The notes under the pieces are model-generated. The model had not been told where the DNA came from. It saw only the letters and a list, made by a program, of their open reading frames with translations, and searched no databases. From positions 3,192 through 67,191 of the forward strand of contig CAYHDB010000002.1 in assembly GCA_964355335.1 (NCBI GenBank): a stretch of DNA of 64,000 nt, read 5' to 3'. Below, in pieces: positions 47,585-55,986 of the stretch. The position numbers were made by a program, and so were the translations under genes. Every line of letters begins with the position of its first letter. Position 1 is the stretch's first letter. Source of the stretch: an uncultured Candidatus Saccharibacteria bacterium (GTDB taxonomy: Bacteria > Patescibacteriota > Minisyncoccia > Phycocordibacterales > SIBU01).

Positions 47585-48331
47585 TTAGACGGCAAGCGTG
47601 TTCCAAATAATATCGAATTCTTCTTTCTGCATCTGCACGATACTTTTGTTCTCGATCATGACCGTTATAATCGGCGCAATGATTTGCGTAATAATGACTC
47701 GGTACGGTGTAATGACAAGATTCGCCGTAAGTTTTGTTTGTTCAGGCAAGAATTTGATAGTCTGATTCGTGTTCAGTTCTATTTTCTTGTAATATCGTGC
47801 ACTGTCTGAATGCTGAAGAATGGTGCGGACGTTCAAGTTGTATTTTACGCGTCGTTCTATGAACTTAGCGAAGTATTCACGGTCTATATTCAAGAATTGC
47901 TCCATATCGGAGAGAATCATGTAGTCATCCCCGGGCTTCAGGTCGTCGAGAATTGTGTCGTAAACGGATTTCACACCGGCGACACCCTCGTAATATTTTA
48001 TAAAACTTCCACCAGGCTGCACGTTTTGCAAACTTTTGAGCTCGGGCAAGACATTATTAAATTTTTCACGTTTCAATTCCAAAATCTTCTCAAGCTTATC
48101 GGGACTTTCTGCAGAGTAGAATTGTTTGAGTCTTTTGATTTCTGTTACCATCAAACCTTTTGCTTTCAAACTCTCAAGTAGGGAATAAACAGTTGTTCGT
48201 TTTATCTGCGACTCTCGAGCGATTTTCAGCACGGTCGTTGAGCCCAAGGATAGGGTGGCAAGATACACTCGTGCTTCATTTTCGGTCAAGCCGATATCTT
48301 TCAGTATTTCAATAAAATCTAACTTTTGCAT
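47585..48331 (-). CDS. TrmB-family transcriptional regulator (paralog 2)
   Basis: ..LGLTENEARVYLATLSLGSTTVLKIARESQIKRTTVYSLLESLKAKGLM.. Confidence 0.75.
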   Translation of the reverse strand: MQKLDFIEILKDIGLTENEARVYLATLSLGSTTVLKIARESQIKRTTVYSLLESLKAKGLMVTEIKRLKQFYSAESPDKLEKILELKREKFNNVLPELKSLQNVQPGGSFIKYYEGVAGVKSVYDTILDDLKPGDDYMILSDMEQFLNIDREYFAKFIERRVKYNLNVRTILQHSDSARYYKKIELNTNQTIKFLPEQTKLTANLVITPYRVIITQIIAPIITVMIENKSIVQMQKEEFDIIWNTLAV

Positions 48332-48480
48332 AAAATGTCGATATATTTGACAACAAATTATCTATATAATTAAAGATACTTTACTGTATTCTACAATAGT
48401 TGTCGACATATTTGACATATTGTGAAATAAAATGCTAATATAGTCAATAGAAACGAGCGGAAGTTCCTTAACACAAATCT

Positions 48481-48508
48481 GGCTTTATTCAGGTGTGCCA
48501 TTGAACAC
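48481..48508 (+). promoter_or_regulatory. Conserved leader/operator motif GGCTTTAnnCAGGTGTGCCAnTGAACAC, copy 1 (16 nt before the ATG at 48525)
   Basis: Same motif at 51369-51397 (17 nt before the ATG at 51415) and, reverse-complemented, at 55773-55801 (13 nt before the minus-strand ATG at 55759). Contains GGTGT-N9-ACACC inverted repeat. Confidence 0.55.
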
Positions 48509-48524
48509 TAGAAGAAGGGTAAAT

Positions 48525-48884
48525 ATGAGACATAATAATTCCGGATTACAGTTGTCTGACGGTGAAGAGTGGTGTTCTCGAAGAGATGATGAGATCTTAA
48601 GTTGGACGGAGGCTACCGAAAAAGTTGCTCAAGATCCAACCTTACGTTTTCCTCATTATGACGATTTGATCAATGCGGAAGAGGAGGCTAAAAAAAATCC
48701 GGCACTACGGATAAAATTCAATGATCTGAGGTCCGGGGAGTATTGGAGTGTATCCTCTGAAAGGAATGACCCAAATTCGTCATTTGCATGTGTCGTTACC
48801 AAGGACCACCGACACTACGAGTCTCATCACGAAAAAAAACGTAAATATTGGGTAAGGTTTATTCGAAGAGTGGTTCAAACGTAA
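48525..48884 (+). CDS. Hypothetical protein (119 aa, His/Arg-rich)
   Basis: Start MRHNNSG set by the conserved upstream motif. No recognisable domain. Confidence 0.4.
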   Translation: MRHNNSGLQLSDGEEWCSRRDDEILSWTEATEKVAQDPTLRFPHYDDLINAEEEAKKNPALRIKFNDLRSGEYWSVSSERNDPNSSFACVVTKDHRHYESHHEKKRKYWVRFIRRVVQT

Positions 48885-48951
48885 AAATCATCAAACCGCA
48901 TCATTGTGATGCGGTTTTCCTTTTTTAAGTTGGTGTAGTACTCTACTAATA

Positions 48952-49254
48952 ATGTCCAAACAATTTATCAGAACAATTGAGGATTTCACGTGCGAACATT
49001 GTGGTGTCGATGTGAAAGGTAACGGCTACACCAATCACTGCCCGAAATGTTTGTGGAGTAAGCACGTGGATATAAATCCGGGGGATAGAGCAGAAAGGTG
49101 TGGGGGATTGATGGAACCCATCGGAGGAGCCAAGGTTAGTAAGGGATACATGCTTACGCACCGGTGCGTAAAATGTGGTTTTGAAAAAAGAAATTCGTTA
49201 AAACCCGAGGATGATTTCGATGTATTTCTAACTCTTGCCGGAAAGCTTTCGTAG
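48952..49254 (+). CDS. RNHCP-domain zinc-ribbon protein
   Basis: ..FTCEHCGVDVKGNGYTNHCPKCLWSKHVD.. and ..HRCVKCGFE.. Cys pairs and (R/T)NHCP motif. Confidence 0.5.
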   Translation: MSKQFIRTIEDFTCEHCGVDVKGNGYTNHCPKCLWSKHVDINPGDRAERCGGLMEPIGGAKVSKGYMLTHRCVKCGFEKRNSLKPEDDFDVFLTLAGKLS

Positions 49255-49327
49255 GCGCTCGGTTCCTCTCAACCTTTTCAAAGGGGGAGATTGAGAGGGG
49301 GTGAGTAGAACATTTTATAACCACCTC

Positions 49328-50146
49328 TCATTCCTCTTTTTGGAAAGTAGGGGAGGTAGAGACATCTGATTTTAGCGAAGCGTCGAGCCGTTTCGCCTCT
49401 GCCCACGCCAGCTCGTAGATTTTTTTCATAGCGTCCGCGATTTCCGCGCTTTCGATGATGACTCCTAGCTTCTCGCGCCACGAGGCAATCATGATTTTGT
49501 TGTCGTAGATGTTTATTTCTGGGGAAAAATAATATTTGTCCGGCGGGACAAACGCTATCTCGCGTTTTTCTTCCGCGTCGAGCGCCCTACGCTCTTCACC
49601 CATTGGCGTTTTTGGAGCGATGGCGCGAATAGCAATATTTTTCTCCGCTCGGCGTTTGTAATACGAGGGAAAATAATTTGGCAGGCCCTTGTGCATGTCG
49701 TCTACTGTTGCATATGCTCGAATCGACTCGGTCGAGGTGAGCGTATCTTCATACACATGCCGTAATCCTTCCGTGCCCTCGTAAAATTTTATTTTCGGTC
49801 GGTTCTGTTTGGCATGAAGCAAGTTTAATTCCGGAATCAAAGCTTCGGCTTTTTTGATATGCTCGGATGTCTGCTCCGCCACTTTTTTCAAGAATGCAAT
49901 GATCGCCTCCGGCGGTTCGGCGGCAAATTCCGATTTTGGTTCCTTGCCGGAAATGGTAACGAGTCCTTTGTTTGCTAGGGAACTCAAAATGTCGTAGCCG
50001 GTCGTTCTATTGATGCCAGCCTTTCGGCTGATTTGAGTGACCGTGCCTTTGCCGAGTTCCAGCAATGCAACGTAAACAGTCGTCTCCTTTTCGCCGAAAC
50101 CAAAACTCCGCAAAGTCATTTTCAATTGTTCGTTCGGGTCTTTCAT
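49328..50146 (-). CDS. TrmB-family transcriptional regulator (paralog 3)
   Basis: ..FGFGEKETTVYVALLELGKGTVTQISRKAGINRTTGYDILSSLANKGLV.. Confidence 0.75.
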   Translation of the reverse strand: MKDPNEQLKMTLRSFGFGEKETTVYVALLELGKGTVTQISRKAGINRTTGYDILSSLANKGLVTISGKEPKSEFAAEPPEAIIAFLKKVAEQTSEHIKKAEALIPELNLLHAKQNRPKIKFYEGTEGLRHVYEDTLTSTESIRAYATVDDMHKGLPNYFPSYYKRRAEKNIAIRAIAPKTPMGEERRALDAEEKREIAFVPPDKYYFSPEINIYDNKIMIASWREKLGVIIESAEIADAMKKIYELAWAEAKRLDASLKSDVSTSPTFQKEE

Positions 50147-50620
50147 GTTTTGTTTTTCCTCCCCTTCTTGCGAAGGAGGGGAAAGAGGGGTGGTTACGAC
50201 CCATCCTCAATCCTCCCCTTCGAAAGGGGAGGAGAATTAAGGTGAAGTATACTCCCAATCCATTTTGTGTCAATCTTTTTCGACAAAAATATGCTCATAT
50301 TCTTAAATATATTGATAAATATGGCGTTATTAAACATATTATTGACGATATTTATTGACAATAGGGTCTAGAAATGTTACGATTATGTCAGAAAGATACG
50401 AATCGTCTCGACAGGCTCGAGATAAACAAGTTCTTTGAAACCTGCTTGCTGAAGTCATAGGTTTAGTCATCTTCGACAGATGAATAGTGCGCGGGTTCGA
50501 AACCGCCCACTTATCATCTGTCGAGTGAGGCATGTGTCATCCTGAATCGGCTTGAAAACCCGAGCAGAATTGAAAAGTGTAAATCCGCATTTTTCTTCAC
50601 GAAACGGATGAACCAAATTT

Positions 50621-51232
50621 ATGACAACAACCAAAACCGCCGTCGCGTCCCAAACTCCGATCGACTTTCCGGTGTGGAAGACGATTAAGGTAGGTACATT
50701 TAAGAGTATGGACGACGCGGAGAATGCTCTCCGAGCAGCCAAAGTCCTCTTCGAGGAATTTGGTTCAGTACGCCCACTCCTCCGTCATCCGATGTTCAAA
50801 CTTGAGATGGTCGAGAGGGAAATCGATCTCATCAAGGTTACCGGAGAAGAGCTTGGGGTGGAGTCGGAGGTATTCTACTCTCGAGATCTACATACGAAGA
50901 TTGGTGGTGCACTGAGATTTTGTCCTGACGAAACAGCTTTTCAGCTTCGTCTGCAATATCTTGATCAACCCGAGAGTGAGAAGTTGGTTATTTACTCGCA
51001 ACCTTTTCCTCTCGATGACACTGATTCACTTCGAGGCGATTGGACTTGCGGCGGGTTATTTAGTGTCAACAATTATCGCCCACTACCAATATCAAGTGGC
51101 CGCCTTGTCCAAGATGAATCTGGACAAGTATTGAAACTCCCATACACCCTGAATTTAGGGCACGAGTCGACTGGTCAGTACAAAAATATGACACTAGTCC
51201 TTGTGAAGCCTCGTAGGGAGAAATGGCAGTAG
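50621..51232 (+). CDS. Hypothetical protein (203 aa), moderately GC-rich. N-terminus paralogous to the next gene.
   Basis: MTTTKTAVASQTP.. versus MNTTKTAATQPKV.. for the 51415 ORF. Confidence 0.4.
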   Translation: MTTTKTAVASQTPIDFPVWKTIKVGTFKSMDDAENALRAAKVLFEEFGSVRPLLRHPMFKLEMVEREIDLIKVTGEELGVESEVFYSRDLHTKIGGALRFCPDETAFQLRLQYLDQPESEKLVIYSQPFPLDDTDSLRGDWTCGGLFSVNNYRPLPISSGRLVQDESGQVLKLPYTLNLGHESTGQYKNMTLVLVKPRREKWQ

Positions 51233-51414
51233 GTCTGCCACGCGCATAAGAGAAGGCGCATCACAAGCTTCTCACTTCCCATCGCACATCAAAACTGCGA
51301 TGGGAAATCTATCAAGCTCGCAACAGTGAAGTTGTTGGCTTGAAGATTTAGTTCTTTACAACCAAATAGGCTTTAAGCAGGTGTGCCATTGAACACCAGT
51401 TCAGAAAGGTAACT

Positions 51415-52236
51415 ATGAATACGACCAAAACTGCCGCTACTCAACCCAAAGTTAAACTCTGGGGACCAATAATCGCAGACCTCGCTCTTCAGCGGTTTGA
51501 AGATATTTTGGAGGAGGGGAATTCTGAACATATCATGAATATTCTGGAAAACCCAGACCGGTATTCCTCTTCCGGCCCATATTTTGCGGCGAATTGTTTT
51601 CTTCGGTTGCCATCCAGACTACAACAGGGCAACAAACACATTACTGACGAAATGCTCGAGGCTTCCATTGTCGGGTTCATTGAGTCATTCAATGAAATCT
51701 ATTGGGAGGAATGGCTTGAATGGACATCGCTCGTTATCGGCAGTGGTGCGGGGTGGAGGCACAGTCTATATCCCGAGGACCAAACGCGAGACACGATTCT
51801 GAAAAAATATCTCAAAACACTTTATTGCAAAGTTTTTGAGACGGTACTCAAGCATCTGGATAGCCCTTGGTTGAAAAGCAAGAATCACCAAGGAATGTTG
51901 GGAGTCTACGTCGGTTCCTTCATGAAATATAGCCAATGGGATGAGTGCCCCGCTGATTATGGCATTACCAAAGAGGTGCTGCCACTCTGTAATTACATAT
52001 ACGCGACTTACCTTCCTCGATTGGAAATTGGAAGGTTCTCTTCTCGAGTTGCCTATCTCGAATGGAAACTCAAAGGGTACGAACTCCGATTCAAGGAGGA
52101 AGGAAAGGTCACTATATGGAATGGTGAGGACTTGAATGGGACGACTCTCGATGAAGTCGTCGAAAGGCTTCAGAAGGAGTGGGAGGCTTGCAAGTCTGAA
52201 TTGGAAGAAGCTCGCAAGCAGGAAAATCGGCAGTAG
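51415..52236 (+). CDS. Hypothetical protein (273 aa, Trp-rich) preceded by the conserved leader motif
   Basis: Motif ggctttaagcaggtgtgccattgaacacc 17 nt upstream. Confidence 0.4.
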   Translation: MNTTKTAATQPKVKLWGPIIADLALQRFEDILEEGNSEHIMNILENPDRYSSSGPYFAANCFLRLPSRLQQGNKHITDEMLEASIVGFIESFNEIYWEEWLEWTSLVIGSGAGWRHSLYPEDQTRDTILKKYLKTLYCKVFETVLKHLDSPWLKSKNHQGMLGVYVGSFMKYSQWDECPADYGITKEVLPLCNYIYATYLPRLEIGRFSSRVAYLEWKLKGYELRFKEEGKVTIWNGEDLNGTTLDEVVERLQKEWEACKSELEEARKQENRQ

Positions 52237-52413
52237 GCCAGAACACTTACCTTCGGAAAAGTAAGTAATGGGTAAATCTGCCGAGGGCTTCGGAGAAATG
52301 CCTATCACAAACTCCAATCCTACACAGAAATGTGTGGGATTTTATTTTGAAAAAAATACGGAAACAGCAAGGTTCGACCTTTTCCCGATTTAAGGTTGAG
52401 CCTTCGAAAACTT

Positions 52414-53625
52414 TTATTTATTTTTAGAATCCAGTTCGTCGGTTAAGAGTTTTGTGAGAGTTGGCAAGGTTTGCTCGTCGAAGTTTTTTGAGAATACCGA
52501 AAGATCGGTGGCAAAGAGGGAATTGAGTGTAAGGCCTGTTTCTTCGGACAGGATACGGTTGATATGAGGAATAGAAATGGCATCGAGTTCGCGGTCGGAT
52601 GTCATCTTTGCGTCGGTCGAGGTGACGATGATGCCGAGAAGTTTTCCATTACCGCTGATAGCTCCACCACCTGATGAGCCGTGCTGGGCGACGGGACTTC
52701 CTCCGAGACCAAATGCGTCCAATTCCTGGACACCTTCTTTAAATGTGTAGAGTTTGCCAATATTAACCACGCTAGATACGGCATAAAGCTCTCGCTGGAT
52801 TGCGATTCCGCCCAAAAACCCAGCTGGGTAACCGGCAAGAATCACCTGGTTTCCCGAATCTATGTCCATCTCTGTGCTGTCGGGTGATATAGATGGGTAA
52901 CTTATCGGTAAATTGATGTCGGAGTTTGTGCTCCCTGTGATTTGAAGAAGGGCAAAATCATTCTCTCCTGTCCCTGTCGGTTTTTGACTAGTAATTTGCT
53001 GATAATTTTTCTCCATCCACTTTTTCGAGATATAAAATACTTTCAATGTGTAAGAGGGGACTGCGGGGCTTCCCGTACGGGCAATGCAGTTTAGAAAGTT
53101 TTTTTGTCGATAATTTTGGATAAGAAGATATTGGGCGACGTGGGCGTTTGTAAGGATAATTCCTCGTGGGTCAATGATGACTCCCGAGCCGGACAAGGGT
53201 TCGAATAGGCCACCTGTCGTTGAGGTACAGAGAATGTTTACAATTGCCTTGCGGGCCATTGTGTTTATTTCAGAAAAATTTGGAGGTGGGGGTGCAATGA
53301 TCGGTGTAGGCGTTGAAACTAGGGGAGTACTCGTCGGGGTATTTCGAACTTCACTTTTAATGTCGGTATTTATTTCAACCTTAGGTTTCGGACTGATCGG
53401 TAAAGTTTTTTTCGGTTTTATTTCAGTCGAAGTAGTCGTCGCAGTCTTTTCCTCTGATTGTGTTTGTTTTTCCTTAGCGGTAGTGGTAGCTATCGTGTCA
53501 GTAATCACAGTTTTGATCGGTCCCGTGTTCTCAATGTTTGATACAGAAACGGAAGGGGATGTCGCTGAGATAGTTGCGATGCCAATCAACACTAAAATTA
53601 TTCCGATAAGCTTTGCAAGCATCAT
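52414..53625 (-). CDS. Secreted trypsin-like (S1/DegP-like) serine protease without PDZ domain
   Basis: Signal-anchor. Thr/Pro-rich linker. Catalytic His ..ILTNAHVAQY.., Ser ..AQHGSSGGGAI.. Confidence 0.65.
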   Translation of the reverse strand: MMLAKLIGIILVLIGIATISATSPSVSVSNIENTGPIKTVITDTIATTTAKEKQTQSEEKTATTTSTEIKPKKTLPISPKPKVEINTDIKSEVRNTPTSTPLVSTPTPIIAPPPPNFSEINTMARKAIVNILCTSTTGGLFEPLSGSGVIIDPRGIILTNAHVAQYLLIQNYRQKNFLNCIARTGSPAVPSYTLKVFYISKKWMEKNYQQITSQKPTGTGENDFALLQITGSTNSDINLPISYPSISPDSTEMDIDSGNQVILAGYPAGFLGGIAIQRELYAVSSVVNIGKLYTFKEGVQELDAFGLGGSPVAQHGSSGGGAISGNGKLLGIIVTSTDAKMTSDRELDAISIPHINRILSEETGLTLNSLFATDLSVFSKNFDEQTLPTLTKLLTDELDSKNK

Positions 53626-53772
53626 ATAATTCTATCACGATGAATTGTTGCTACACCTGTATTTTTCTGTTAGGATTTTGAAGTTATCGCCTTCGCGGCT
53701 AGCGGGCTTCGCCCGCCGTAGCTCGCTTCGGCGAGCGAAGGCCCCACTTCACATAAAGTTTCGCGGGGCAAA

Positions 53773-53846
53773 GCGGGATTAGTTTAATGGTAAAATAACA
53801 GTTTTCCAAACTGTGGTTGGGAGTTCGATTCTCCCATCCCGCACAT
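53773..53846 (+). tRNA. tRNA-Gly (anticodon TCC)
   Basis: Acceptor GCGGGAT/ATCCCGC. Anticodon arm ACAGT-TTTCCAA-ACTGT. T-arm GGGAG-TTCGATT-CTCCC. Terminator ccgctcctgctcggagcgtttttt at 53851-53885. Confidence 0.8.
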
Positions 53847-53886
53847 CGTAGAAAAAACCGCTCCTGCTCGGAGCGTTTTTTCTTGA

Positions 53887-54150
53887 TGTGCGGGATAGAA
53901 GACGCGGGGGCGTCTTCGTGGGAGAATCGAAGCCCGATTGAGTCGAGCTTCGGCGCGAGCCAATCGGGGTACTGCTCCTGTAAGGAGAGATTCTCATTCT
54001 GTGACGACAAGAGTTTAGTCGCGGGCGATTCTCATTTTTCTGGCGTGGGAGAATCGAAGCCTCGTTGAGCTTATTTTGCGAGCCTTTCGAGGCAAAATAA
54101 CCAACGAGGGTACTGAAACTGTAAGTTTCGATTCTCCCATCCCGCACAAC
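53887..54150 (+). repeat. tRNA-linked structured repeat, copy 3 (two modules). It starts with an inverted copy of the tRNA 3' end (tgtgcgggat) and ends with gggagaatcgaa-gcctcgttg-[TTATTTTGC..GCAAAATAA]-caacgagg-gtactgaaactgtaag-tttcgattctcccatcccgcaca.
   Basis: Duplicate of the tRNA-Gly(TCC) T-loop/3' end at 54126-54148. 22-mer gagaatcgaagcctcgttgagc identical to copy 2. The listed ORFs over this region are considered spurious. Confidence 0.7.
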
Positions 54151-54212
54151 TTCACAAATAAAAAACGCACACAACAATTACGTTGTGTGCGGTTCGCGGA
54201 CATGCCGCCTTT

Positions 54213-54953
54213 TCAGAAGATGAGCGAAAAGCCCGTTGATACCATTACGTCGCTTGTACGACGGACGAAGTAGTTGGCGGAAACGATATTCATCGTCAGC
54301 CGTTTCGAGATGTTCCAGTTCAGTCCCGCGTTTCCGCGGAAAAAGAAACCAGTGTCGCTCCCGAGTGTTCCGGTATCGTATACGCCGGCGAGGGAAGTGC
54401 TGACGCTCAGCCGGTCTTTCCAGAAGGTTATGCTCTTGCTGGCCGTGAGGCTGAAGAGATTGCCACCCTGGAATCCGCTCTCGGGCATAGTGACATAGTT
54501 CTCGTACCCGAGAGTGAGCGAAAGATGTTTGAAGTCTTTGCCTAGCCGAATGTGTGAGTAGATGATGTCTCCCACGCCGAGTGTGAACGCTTTCGGTTCG
54601 TCGAAGTAGGTGACGCCGACGTGAGCCGTGAGACCTTTTATCGTGCCGTTCCATCCTATTCCATAATCGACTTCATTCCCTAAGCTTCCGTCATCCCACT
54701 TTCCCTTGAAACTTCGTGAGTTCCAAAGGTCAAGGTAGATTCCACTTTTATGAGAGAGGAATAGATCAGTTTGTGCGACAGGAGCTTCGCTCAGTACACT
54801 TCCTATGCTATTCAGGTATTTGTTCGCGATGACAGTCGAAACTGTGACGCTGAAGGGTTGTTGTTGGCCTGCCTCGGCAGGTAAATTTTCCTCTGCCTCG
54901 GTCCGGTTAAGGGCGAGCAAAGCCGTTAGTAGGTTGACAATGAGCTTTTTCAT
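54213..54953 (-). CDS. Signal-peptide protein with beta-barrel-like alternating pattern and C-terminal Phe (outer-membrane-protein-like). GC-rich, probably horizontally acquired.
   Basis: MKKLIVNLLTALLALN.. signal. Ends ..STGFSLIF. Local GC about 52% versus ~40% background. Confidence 0.4.
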   Translation of the reverse strand: MKKLIVNLLTALLALNRTEAEENLPAEAGQQQPFSVTVSTVIANKYLNSIGSVLSEAPVAQTDLFLSHKSGIYLDLWNSRSFKGKWDDGSLGNEVDYGIGWNGTIKGLTAHVGVTYFDEPKAFTLGVGDIIYSHIRLGKDFKHLSLTLGYENYVTMPESGFQGGNLFSLTASKSITFWKDRLSVSTSLAGVYDTGTLGSDTGFFFRGNAGLNWNISKRLTMNIVSANYFVRRTSDVMVSTGFSLIF

Positions 54954-55093
54954 ACAGGTATCAGTCTTTTTCGGTTGTGCAGTTTGACTTCTATGGACCC
55001 ACGATACACGTCATGAGTCCAATAAAGTGGAGAATTTAAGGTTAATTCTCCGGAACCGAGAGTTTTACGATAACCCCCGAACCGAGCAAAGCA

Positions 55094-55759
55094 CTATTCC
55101 TGAACGAGGTATTTGAGAAGCGCAGCCCAGTTCTTGGCCCTGACCGTGTCAGATCGCTTGCTGTACTCTTCGTACGCTAGCGTCTTCGAGAGGTCCTTTG
55201 GATCGAATCGCCCGACCCAGTTCCTCGAATTGGAGAGGAGGACCTTGCTGCCCTCAACCGTGAACGGCGTGGGGATGCTCTCGTGCCTGTTGAAGACGTC
55301 GAAGCAGGCGGAGGCGGGGTGCGAGTGGTGGTCACTGTCGGTGAAGACGGCGACATACTTCGCGCACGTCTTGACTGCGGCCAGTAGTCCGATGAAGATA
55401 CCGACTGGCATCTCCTTGCCGACGAGCGACGCTCCACCTGGACCCTGTTCCTGCCGTGAGGTGGGCACAAGAAGGTCGGTCAGAACGACATCGAAGTTGG
55501 GGTAGGTCGTCGCTTGCTCGTTCGCCACCTTCTCAGCCGCGAAGTAGTCTGCCTTCTTCGCCTCGTCGTCTGAACGATAAGGGTTGAAGTTGCCGAACTG
55601 GCTCTTGAGAGCGGACGAAGCCCCCTCGTGGTCGAACTGTGGCGTGAGCAGCTCCTGCGCCTCGTCGTAGGTGCCGACAACTGTGAGGTCGTGGCCTTTT
55701 AACTGCGCAATGGCGGCGCTTCGATTAATATCGCTATCGTCGAATACAAGGATTTTCAT
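55094..55759 (-). CDS. Hypothetical protein with receiver-like N-terminus (MKILVFDDSD..). Strongly GC-rich (about 57%), probably horizontally acquired, yet preceded by the local conserved leader motif.
   Basis: Composition read directly. Many overlapping alternative-frame ORFs, typical of high GC. Confidence 0.4.
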   Translation of the reverse strand: MKILVFDDSDINRSAAIAQLKGHDLTVVGTYDEAQELLTPQFDHEGASSALKSQFGNFNPYRSDDEAKKADYFAAEKVANEQATTYPNFDVVLTDLLVPTSRQEQGPGGASLVGKEMPVGIFIGLLAAVKTCAKYVAVFTDSDHHSHPASACFDVFNRHESIPTPFTVEGSKVLLSNSRNWVGRFDPKDLSKTLAYEEYSKRSDTVRAKNWAALLKYLVQE

Positions 55760-55986
55760 AGTTTTCTGTACTGGTGTTCAGTGGCACACCTGCGTAAAGC
55801 CGTACGGTTTGGTTGACAGGGTACTGTCTTTTATCTGCAATAATTTTCCCACCCATTTGCAATTATGTCGAATAAATGTTGAAATAAGTATAACAATATT
55901 CAATAATACGGCTCTAATACGTTGTAATTGAGTTAAAAAATGTCAATTTTATTGACATTTGCGATAATTCTGGCTACACTAGGAAC

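Noticed and set aside
47030-47595. Minus-strand ORFs 47030..47440, 47122..47595 and 47163..47375
   Set aside because: They cover tRNA-Pro and the GC-rich structured tRNA-linked repeat. The amino-acid composition (Arg/Ser/Pro-rich) is typical of spurious ORFs on structured GC-rich DNA.
53699-54654. ORFs 53699..54010, 53779..54177, 54015..54203 and 54178..54654
   Set aside because: Overlap tRNA-Gly(TCC), its terminator and the repeat (first three), or lie antisense/alternative-frame to the better-supported signal-peptide ORF 54213..54953 (last). Compositional artefacts of GC-rich DNA.
55113-55680. ORFs 55113..55505, 55177..55470 and 55480..55680 overlapping 55094..55759
   Set aside because: High-GC region generates open frames on several phases. 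Only 55094..55759 has a sensible start with the conserved upstream motif.
55773-55801. Possible sigma-54 promoter (TGGCAC..) in the conserved motif upstream of 55759
   Set aside because: The -12 element (TTGC) is absent at the required spacing. The same motif precedes the plus-strand genes, where the opposite strand reads GTGCCA. Better explained as an inverted-repeat operator or leader hairpin.
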